Under the pieces are notes generated by a model that ran no database searches, was not told the origin of the DNA, and worked only from the letters and a program-made list of their open reading frames with translations. A stretch of DNA of 10,180 nt from the NCBI GenBank assembly GCA_965648935.1, contig CBFGIY010000079.1, positions 1 through 10,180 of the forward strand, read 5' to 3'. This DNA comes from a candidate division WOR-3 bacterium. GTDB lineage: Bacteria > Hydrothermota > Tepidihabitantia > Tepidihabitantales > Tepidihabitantaceae. Every line of letters starts with the position of its first letter. Positions within the stretch are counted from its first letter, which is position 1. The position numbers and the translations under genes were made by a program. This document shows positions 1-8,838 of the stretch, in pieces.

Positions 1-51
1 CTCGAACGGCGCCAGCACCGGTGCGGCCAGACATAACAGCAGCACAAGCAT
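1..51 (-). CDS. 5' end (17 codons, runs off the window) of a probable secreted/periplasmic protein translationally coupled to nikR
   Basis: ATG at 51..49 overlaps the nikR TGA (TGATG). AGGAG Shine-Dalgarno at 64..60 lies 8 nt upstream. Translation MLVLLLCLAAPVLAPFE... looks like a hydrophobic signal peptide. It is too short here to appear in the ORF track. Confidence 0.75.
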   Translation of the reverse strand, partial: MLVLLLCLAAPVLAPFE

Positions 52-512
52 CAGTGGTTCTCCTTTCGCTCCCGCCGGTGCGCCAGCGGGCAGGTGGCGG
101 GCAGAAGATTCAGCCGGGTCTGGCGGACACCGTGCAGGCCGCCGAACTCGTCGGCCAGCCGGCGCAGGTCCCGGGCCGGGCCACGCAGTATCAGTACCTC
201 GAGGCATTCGCGCCGGTCGAGGTGGACGTGGGTGCTGGATACGATCAGCCGGTGCCGGGCGTGGCCGGCCGCGGCCAGTCGCCGGGCAAGGTCGGGCTGG
301 TCGTGGCTGTAAACGTAGGACAGCACGCCCACCGCGGCGGCCGCGCCGGTGCGCAGCTCGGCCTCGGCGAGAAAGGCGCGGATGAGGTCGCGCACTGCCT
401 TGGAGCGGTTGGCCGCGCCCCGGCCGCTGGCGCGGTCGAACCGCTCGACCAGTCCTGCCTCCATCGACACGCTGAAGCGGACGGTTTCGGGCTCGGCTCG
501 GGTGTTACGCAT
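51..512 (-). CDS. nikR: Nickel-responsive transcriptional regulator NikR (ribbon-helix-helix + ACT-like metal-binding domain), 153 aa
   Basis: C-terminal 153 aa of ORF 51..926. It has the RHH beta-strand VRFSVSM, the helix NRSKAVRDLIR, and GVLSYVYSH. The Ni ligands H-x10-HVH-x5-C (GHARHRLIVSSTHVHLDRRECLEV) match the spacing of E. coli H76/H87/H89/C95. ATG at 512 is the only ATG/GTG/TTG between the msrB stop and the RHH strand. Confidence 0.95.
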   Translation of the reverse strand: MRNTRAEPETVRFSVSMEAGLVERFDRASGRGAANRSKAVRDLIRAFLAEAELRTGAAAAVGVLSYVYSHDQPDLARRLAAAGHARHRLIVSSTHVHLDRRECLEVLILRGPARDLRRLADEFGGLHGVRQTRLNLLPATCPLAHRRERKENH

Positions 513-531
513 CGGGCAATCGTAACACCCG
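499..531. promoter_or_regulatory. Putative NikR operator: perfect inverted repeat CGGGTGTTACG-N11-CGTAACACCCG (core GTGTTAC-N13-GTAACAC at 502-528)
   Basis: The 11-bp arms at 499-509 and 521-531 are exact reverse complements. The site overlaps the nikR -10 box and start codon. The core matches the NikR box consensus I recall for deltaproteobacteria (GTGTTAC-N13/14-GTAACAC). Confidence 0.85.
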
Positions 532-547
532 GGCCGCCCCGGGTCAA
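519..547 (-). promoter_or_regulatory. Sigma70-type promoter of nikR (predicted leaderless transcript)
   Basis: TTGACC (547..542), 17 nt, TACGAT (524..519) with an extended -10 TGn, then 6 nt to ATG(512). No Shine-Dalgarno sequence. Confidence 0.75.
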
Positions 548-553
548 GGCCGG

Positions 554-1141
554 CTACTCGGGCGGCCGCGGCCGGAAAAACAGCGCGGCCGAGTTCAGGC
601 AGTAGCGCCGGCCGGTCGGCGCTGGCCCGTCGTCGAACACGTGCCCGAGGTGGGCCTCGCACCGGGTGCAGAGTATCTCGGTCCGCACCATGCTCAGGCT
701 GCGGTCCTCCTGCTCGGTGATGTTCTCTTCGGCGAACGGCCGATAGAAGCTCGGCCAGCCCGTGCCCGACTCGAACTTCGCGTCTGACGAAAACAGCGGC
801 AGGCTGCAGCTCACGCAGTAGTAGATGCCCGGTTCCTTGTTGCCGAGCAGCAGGCCGCAGTATGCCGGCTCGGTGCCCTTGCCGCGGGCGATGCGGTACT
901 GCTCCGGGGTGAGCAGGCGCTGCCACACCGAGTCGGGCTTGACGACCATCGCCACGGCTTCGGGAGCGAGCGGCGCGCCGTCCGGCCCGGCGAGCCTGAC
1001 CGCGACCCGGCGCGGGACTGCATCGCCGGCCGGCGCATCCGGCGCGGCAGCGGTCCGGTCCGGGGCCGCGGTCCGGCCCGGGCAGCCGGCCAGAAGCGCC
1101 AGCGCGACCGCCCCGAGAACCAGTCCTGTCGTCAGTCTCAC
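554..1141 (-). CDS. msrB: Peptide methionine-R-sulfoxide reductase MsrB, Zn-binding type, with an N-terminal lipoprotein signal
   Basis: Motifs: WQRLLTPEQYRI, GTEPAYCG, CVSC...CTRC Zn pairs, KFESGTGWPSF, HLGHVFDDGP and catalytic RYCLNS. The N-terminus MRLTTGLVLGAVALALLAG-C is a lipobox, followed by an Ala/Pro linker. GTG start. Confidence 0.96.
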   Translation of the reverse strand: MRLTTGLVLGAVALALLAGCPGRTAAPDRTAAAPDAPAGDAVPRRVAVRLAGPDGAPLAPEAVAMVVKPDSVWQRLLTPEQYRIARGKGTEPAYCGLLLGNKEPGIYYCVSCSLPLFSSDAKFESGTGWPSFYRPFAEENITEQEDRSLSMVRTEILCTRCEAHLGHVFDDGPAPTGRRYCLNSAALFFRPRPPE

Positions 1142-1186
1142 GATCTGCCTGCCTTTCCTGCTTTTATTCGCCCGCGCGCGGCCGGC

Positions 1187-2109
1187 TCAGTCCGGGCCGT
1201 GCCCGGGGTTGATTGTCAGCCGGTCCAGGTCGCGCACCGTGGCGTAGGGGACGTAGCCCCGCGCCGCGGCCCGGGCATAGAACCGGTCAATCAGGCTGCG
1301 CTGAGTGACATAGTCGACCACGAGCACGAGCTTGCCCGCGGCGCGGAATTGGTCCAGCCTCGCGCACGCCGCGGCCGTGTCCTCGGGCTGTTGCGGCTCG
1401 TTGCCGTCGTACCAGACATCCTCGCGGCCGATGCCGGTCACGGCTTCAAGATACTCCGGGTGCGCGCCCAGCGCCTCGCCGTTCTGCGGAAAGATGCCGA
1501 ACCCCTGCGGCGCGCGCGCGGCGATCGACCGGACAAACTCCACCATCTCGTCCTCGGCGGTCGGCCGGTTCAGCCCGCTTTCGCCGCCCGGGCCCCAGTA
1601 TTCGTAGCCATCAATGATGTCAAGGTACACGCCGTCGAAACCCGCCGCCAGAATCCGCGCGAGGTACCCGCTGTCCCCGAGGATGATTTCCTGCCAGCCC
1701 GGGTCCCAGTAATGCACCGGGTAGTTGTCCGGCCACTCGGGATTGGCCGTGCCGAGCCACGACGGCGCGAGCGAATCGGGCCGGCCGTCGCCGTCCGCGT
1801 CCCATTCCTCGCGCCAGTACCAGCGGTAGTTCTCGGCCTCGCCGATGCTCATATAGGCCAGGACCAGCTTGGTGCCGCCCGGCGAGGACTTGAGCGCGGC
1901 AATCTCCTCGGCGGTGTAGCGCGTCCCGTCGTCGCCCTCGCGCGAGTAGTCGATGATGGCGAGGTCGAACCGCGTGTCGCCCAGTTCGGCAAGGTCCACG
2001 TTCTGGAGCTGGCAGGCGAAATCGTCCACCTCGCTGAAGGTCCTCACCCCGTCGTCCGGCGCCTCGCGGCAGGCCAGCACGACAAGCAGGAAAGCCGCCA
2101 GCAGTCTTG

Positions 2110-2113
<4 letters not shown>
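1187..2113 (-). CDS. TM1410/MJ1477-like TIM-barrel glycoside hydrolase (endo-alpha-1,4-polygalactosaminidase, GH114/GH166-like), probable lipoprotein
   Basis: Family motifs FACQLQN, DLAIIDYS, LAYMSIGEAENYRWYW, NPEWPDNYPVHYWDPGW, GFDGVYLDIIDGY, PQNG, GREDVWY and VLVVDY. Lipobox-like LVVLA-C. The GTG overlaps the ATPase stop (GTGA). GAGGAGG SD just upstream (2118-2124). Confidence 0.85.
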
Positions 2114-4815
<2,702 letters not shown>

Positions 4816-4820
4816 GACCC

Positions 4821-4849
4821 AGCATAGCGGCCCGAACCGGCCCGGTCAA
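4821..4849 (-). promoter_or_regulatory. Sigma70-type promoter of the ATPase unit (predicted leaderless)
   Basis: TTGACC (4849..4844, containing the upstream gene's TGA stop), 17 nt, TATGCT (4826..4821), then 5 nt to GTG(4815). No SD. Confidence 0.7.
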
Positions 4850-6561
4850 AGAGGCCCGGCCTGCTCCATCAGGAGCCGGCCGAAAGTGTCGGGATCATAG
4901 GATATCGGCAACTGCCAGTCGGCCGTGCCCAGCCGCGGCTGCTTGCGCCGGAAATTCGCGCCCCAGACCTGTCCCGCGCCGGCCTTCACCCCGAACTGCA
5001 GAAGGGGCAGCCGCACCTCGACCGACCACCAGTCCCTGCCCTGCGCGGTCTTCAGCTCGCACTCGGCATTCCAGGCAATGTCGGCGCTGACCGTACCTTC
5101 ATCCGATATTGTTATCGCCTGGTCGAACACCGCGCCGGCCGGGTTGACATAGAACTGGTACACCGCTCTCGCCAGCGGGTCGGGCTGCAGAAACCAGCCG
5201 ACGCAATCGTCCTGGTGCACCGGCCCGTCCTGCCCGGCCGCGCGCGCGCGCAGGCTCGCCGGCCTGGTCTCGCGGCAGAATGCCGCGAGGTACAGGTTGT
5301 CGTCGTCCCACGCGAAGAGAAACGCGGTGGACTCGGCGCGCGCCGGCTTGCCGTTGGGCCGAAACAGCCGTGTCGCCGGGTCGCGCCACAGCTTCTCGCG
5401 CAGCTCGCCGTCGATGTCGGGCCGGCCGCGCACCGCGCGCGCCGTGCGCCGCACGCGCAGCGGCGCGGACACGGCCACGCCCTTGCCCGGTGCGTAGGCG
5501 ACCCGCGCGCTCGCCACCGGCACCGGAAAGATGGCGTCGTCTGAGCGCGCCAGCACCGCGGCCGCGGCCGCGCCGTCGCCGTCCGCGAACTCCAGCCGGC
5601 CCGGCGCGGTCACCGACCAGCCGTCCGGCACCTCCCACCAGAGCGAATCGCCCACCGGCCCGAATCCGAAGTTGGTCAATACCAGCGGCACGACCGCGGT
5701 GCCGGCCGCGCCCTCGACAATGTCCAGCGGCTCGGCGAAGCGCAGCCCCTCGGCCCGGGCGCGGTCAAGCGCGAGCTTCTCCTCAAGGCTCACCTCCTGC
5801 CACTTGCGCGCGGAATTGTCCAGCGCCACCGGCCTGATTGCGATGCCCCGGCGGTCCGCCGCCACCTGCAGCCAGTGAAACCCCATGCCGGTCGGGCCCG
5901 GCGCGGACGCGCCGCCCGAAGAGCCGACCGAGGTGTACTTGATGCCGTCGATCGTCCCGGCGAAGTACTCGTGGTAATGGCCGGTGAACACCGCGCTTAC
6001 GCCATGGCGCCGGAACAGCGCGTGCAGCGTGTCCGGCCGGCCGCGCAGCACGGCCTCGGCCCAGAACGGCTTGTGCATCAGGACGACTTTCCAGCGCGCG
6101 CCGCGGAAGCTGTCCAGCGCCGATGCAAGCCACGCCAGTTGTGCCGAGCCCATCTCCTCGGCTCTGCCCGCCTCCGAGTTGTCGAGTATGAAGAACCTGA
6201 TGCCCCGGCGTTCAAACGTGTGATACGGCCGGCCCCACAGCCGCTCGTATGCCGCGCGCATCATCGGGTTGGCGATGTCGTTGTTGCCCGCCACGGGGTA
6301 CAGCGGCGCGCCCAGCTCTGACGCGATTGCCCGGTACTCGTCCCACCGCGCCGCCAGCTCGGCCGAATCGCTCACCGGCCCCTCGACCTGGTCCCCGACC
6401 GTGAGCACGAACTCCGGCTTCGCGCGCGCGACCTGCGCCACGACCCGCTCGTAGATGCCTTCCTGCGCCTCGCCGGTCCTGTCCCCAAGAATCGCGAACC
6501 GGACCGGCCTCGCGCCGACTATCGCGGCAATCGCAACCAGAACGACCGTCAGTCGCTCCAC
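4846..6561 (-). CDS. Secreted calcineurin-like metallophosphoesterase fused to a C-terminal CBM9-like (DOMON) sugar-binding domain, 571 aa
   Basis: Signal peptide MERLTVVLVAIAAIVGA. MPP motifs ILGDR, TVGDQV, VAGNND, LMHKP and TGHYH. Middle Ig/NEW3-like segment VPLVLTN...WEVPDGWSV. CBM9-like motifs PDIDGELRE..W, WDDDNLYLA, DDCVGWFL, YQFYVNPAG, WSVEVRLP and WGANFRR. GGGAGG SD (6573..6568) 6 nt before the GTG. Confidence 0.88.
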   Translation of the reverse strand: MERLTVVLVAIAAIVGARPVRFAILGDRTGEAQEGIYERVVAQVARAKPEFVLTVGDQVEGPVSDSAELAARWDEYRAIASELGAPLYPVAGNNDIANPMMRAAYERLWGRPYHTFERRGIRFFILDNSEAGRAEEMGSAQLAWLASALDSFRGARWKVVLMHKPFWAEAVLRGRPDTLHALFRRHGVSAVFTGHYHEYFAGTIDGIKYTSVGSSGGASAPGPTGMGFHWLQVAADRRGIAIRPVALDNSARKWQEVSLEEKLALDRARAEGLRFAEPLDIVEGAAGTAVVPLVLTNFGFGPVGDSLWWEVPDGWSVTAPGRLEFADGDGAAAAAVLARSDDAIFPVPVASARVAYAPGKGVAVSAPLRVRRTARAVRGRPDIDGELREKLWRDPATRLFRPNGKPARAESTAFLFAWDDDNLYLAAFCRETRPASLRARAAGQDGPVHQDDCVGWFLQPDPLARAVYQFYVNPAGAVFDQAITISDEGTVSADIAWNAECELKTAQGRDWWSVEVRLPLLQFGVKAGAGQVWGANFRRKQPRLGTADWQLPISYDPDTFGRLLMEQAGPL

Positions 6562-6603
6562 TTTTCGCCTCCCTGCCGTCTGTTGCCTGCCATGCCGGGC
6601 CGC

Positions 6604-7293
6604 CTAACCGCGGACAAACAGCGCGGCCAGCACCGCGGCAAACACGAGCGCCGGCAGCATGTTCAGCACCTTGAGTTTCTTGAGCTCCAGTATGTTGATG
6701 CCCAGCCCGAGGAGCAGCAGCCCGCCCGCGGCCGACATCTCATTGACGACTGTCTCGGACAGCGCGCCGCCCAGCGTCGCGGCCAGCAGGGTGAGCCCGC
6801 CCTGGTATGCCAGCAGCGGGATGACCGAAAACACGACGCCCGCCCCGAGTGTCGCCGACAGCGCGATTGACGCGAACCCGTCGAGCACCGACTTGGCCAC
6901 CAGCAGGTTCGGTCTGCCGCCCAGTCCCTCTTCGATTGCCCCGAGCACGGTCATCGAGCCCATGCAGAACAGAAGGAACGCGGTGACCATCCCCTCGGCG
7001 AACCGCTCGCCGCCGAGCCTGAGCCTCTGCTTCAGCCAGTCCCCGAGTCGCGTCAGGTGGCGCTCGATGTCCAGAAGCTCGCCGGTGATTGCACCGAGCA
7101 CGATGGCGAATATCAGCACGAGCAGGTTCTTTGTCTTCGCGGCCATCGTGAACCCGAGAAAGAGCGTGAACAGCCCTATGCCCTGAAAAGCTATCGTGCC
7201 GAGCCGCGGCGGCAGCTTCGCCTTGAACAGCAGCCCGACCGCGCTGCCGGCAATCACCGCGGCCACATTCACCAGCGTCCCGACCAGCCTCAA
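6604..7293 (-). CDS. DUF554 (YdfK/YqgA-like) multi-pass membrane protein
   Basis: Family motifs GTLVNVAAVIAGS, GAITGELLDIE, FCMGSMTVLGAIEEG, KSVLDGF, YQGGLTL and NMLPAL. TTG start with GAGG 7 nt upstream. The start position is somewhat uncertain. Confidence 0.9.
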   Translation of the reverse strand: MRLVGTLVNVAAVIAGSAVGLLFKAKLPPRLGTIAFQGIGLFTLFLGFTMAAKTKNLLVLIFAIVLGAITGELLDIERHLTRLGDWLKQRLRLGGERFAEGMVTAFLLFCMGSMTVLGAIEEGLGGRPNLLVAKSVLDGFASIALSATLGAGVVFSVIPLLAYQGGLTLLAATLGGALSETVVNEMSAAGGLLLLGLGINILELKKLKVLNMLPALVFAAVLAALFVRG

Positions 7294-7317
7294 TTCACCG
7301 CCTCGCTGTCCGCCGCC

Positions 7318-8160
7318 TCACTCGAACCTGCTCCACCCGACCTTGCGCCCGCCCGCGTCGCCGCCGAGTTCGAGAAAAGCGGTGCCGACGTTCAGCCGGT
7401 GCGGCCCGCGGTTGAACTCCGGGTGCGGGTACTTCATATCGGCGCAGAGGTTCAGCGTTTCCTCGAAGCTCGCCCCGGTCTCGACCGCGCGGCCGACCCG
7501 CTCGGCCAGGTCCAGAAGGTAGTGCAGGTCCGCGTCGAGCCGGCGCGCCGCCTCGTGCTGGTCCCGGGTCGCCCGGCCATGGCCCGGCACGAGCACGCGG
7601 GTGTTGAGTTCCTCGAGTTCGTTGAGTGTTGCGATATAGTCGGCCAGGCTGTCCATCACGAACGGCACCTCGATGTCCGAGAGCATGTCCCCGGCCCAGA
7701 GAATGCCTGCGGCCGGCTCGTAAACGACCAGCGCCTCGGGCGCGTGGCCGGGTGCGGCGATGAGCTCGAGTCCCGCGAGCTTGAGCCGGTCCCCAAACAC
7801 GCGGTCCGGCCGCGGAACGCGAAAACCCCCGTCGTGGCGGATGTCGTTGTCCTTCAGCCACTGGTTGACCTGCTTCTCGATTGTCGCGCCATGCTCGGTG
7901 ATGACGTCCAGAGCACGCGCCTGCGCGATGACCGGTGCATCCGGTAGCCGCTCCGGGCCGAGGATGTGGTCCCAGTGGTAATGGGTGAGTATCACGCCGG
8001 CAACCGGCGCACGCCTGCCCTCGCAGAACCGCTTCACGGCGTCGGTCTCCTCGGGGAAAACTCCCGGGTCCACCAGCCACGCCCGACCCTCGACCAGCAG
8101 CACCCCGGCGTTGTAGCTCATCGAGCGGCTTGAGGAAATCCAGAGTTCGGGAAGCGCCAT
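7318..8160 (-). CDS. MBL-fold metallo-hydrolase (glyoxalase II-like), 280 aa
   Basis: Motifs LVDPG, THYHWDH (HxHxDH), PGHAPE, AGDML and VPGHG. Start trimmed from 8253 to ATG 8160 to avoid overlapping tag, which ends at 8171. TAAGG lies upstream. Confidence 0.9.
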   Translation of the reverse strand: MALPELWISSSRSMSYNAGVLLVEGRAWLVDPGVFPEETDAVKRFCEGRRAPVAGVILTHYHWDHILGPERLPDAPVIAQARALDVITEHGATIEKQVNQWLKDNDIRHDGGFRVPRPDRVFGDRLKLAGLELIAAPGHAPEALVVYEPAAGILWAGDMLSDIEVPFVMDSLADYIATLNELEELNTRVLVPGHGRATRDQHEAARRLDADLHYLLDLAERVGRAVETGASFEETLNLCADMKYPHPEFNRGPHRLNVGTAFLELGGDAGGRKVGWSRFE

Positions 8161-8170
8161 AAGTCTGACC

Positions 8171-8758
8171 TTAACCGCGGCCGGCCAGCTCTCCGTGCCT
8201 GAAGCACCCCACGAGGTGATCATTGACCATCCCTGCCGCCTGCATATAGGCATAGCAGATGGTCGAGCCGACGAAGCGAAACCCGCGGCGTTTGAGGTCC
8301 GCGCTCATCGCGTCGGACTGCGCGGTACTTGCCGGTATCTGGCCGGGACTGCGCCAGCGGTTGACCCGGGGCCTGCCCCCGACGAACCGCCAGATGTAGC
8401 GGTCGAAGGAACCGAACTCGCGCTGGACCGCGACGAACGCCCGGGCGTTGGCGCGCGCGGCAAAGACCTTCAGCCGGTTGCGGATGATACCCTCATCCGT
8501 GAGCAGTTTCTCCAGCCGCGCGTCGCTGAACCGCGCCACCCGGGCCGGGTCAAATCCGGCAAACGCCCGCCTGAACCCTTCGCGCTTCTTCAACACGATT
8601 GCCCAGCTCAGGCCGGCCTGAAAAGCGTCGAGGATGAGGAACTCGAAATGGCGGTGGTCGTCGTGCGCCGGCACGCCCCATTCCTCGTCGTGGTAGCGCA
8701 CCATCTGCGCGTGGCCCAGAGGCCAGGGACAGCGCTTCGGCTCGGCCGCGTTCGCCAC
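8171..8758 (-). CDS. tag: DNA-3-methyladenine glycosylase I
   Basis: Motifs RCPW, YHDEEWG, FEFLILDAFQAGLSW, IIRNRLK, LKRRGFRFVG and MQAAGMVNDHLVGC. The Zn ligands C/H/H/C are present. Confidence 0.97.
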   Translation of the reverse strand: MANAAEPKRCPWPLGHAQMVRYHDEEWGVPAHDDHRHFEFLILDAFQAGLSWAIVLKKREGFRRAFAGFDPARVARFSDARLEKLLTDEGIIRNRLKVFAARANARAFVAVQREFGSFDRYIWRFVGGRPRVNRWRSPGQIPASTAQSDAMSADLKRRGFRFVGSTICYAYMQAAGMVNDHLVGCFRHGELAGRG

Positions 8759-8763
8759 GGGAC

Positions 8764-8792
8764 AGCCTATCCTTGCGGCCGCGCCCGGTCAA
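8764..8792 (-). promoter_or_regulatory. Sigma70-type promoter of the tag unit (predicted leaderless)
   Basis: TTGACC (8792..8787), 17 nt, TAGGCT (8769..8764), then 5 nt to GTG(8758). Confidence 0.7.
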
Positions 8793-8820
8793 CAGAGCGG
8801 GGCGGCAGATGCCGCCCCGC
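8791..8820 (-). terminator. Intrinsic terminator-like hairpin after the T9SS-cargo gene
   Basis: On the minus strand, GCGGGGCGGC-ATCT-GCCGCCCCGC forms a perfect 10-bp GC stem (8820..8797), followed by TCTGTT. It starts 18 nt after the TAG at 8839. Confidence 0.8.
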
Positions 8821-8838
8821 AGTATCCATCATCGGCCG

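Noticed and set aside
513..926. 138-aa N-terminal extension of the nikR ORF (51..926)
   Set aside because: It overlaps msrB in another frame and is low-complexity. NikR homology, the promoter and the operator all point to ATG 512.
1142..1186. A-rich stretch (GAATAAAAGCAGGAAAGG on the minus strand) before msrB as a possible separate promoter
   Set aside because: No convincing -35/-10 pair at 16-18 nt spacing. More likely a ribosome-loading region.
7318..8160. MBL-fold protein as a metallo-beta-lactamase resistance gene
   Set aside because: No signal peptide, a generic HxHxDH glyoxalase-II-like motif set, and no mobile-element context.
8161..8253. Longer start for the MBL hydrolase
   Set aside because: It would overlap the conserved C-terminus of tag. 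ATG 8160 follows the tag stop by 10 nt.
8610..8650. Tag has Asp (LILDAFQ) at the E. coli E38 base-recognition position
   Set aside because: A conservative change that I recall in other Tag homologues. All other motifs are intact, so there is no good evidence of altered function.
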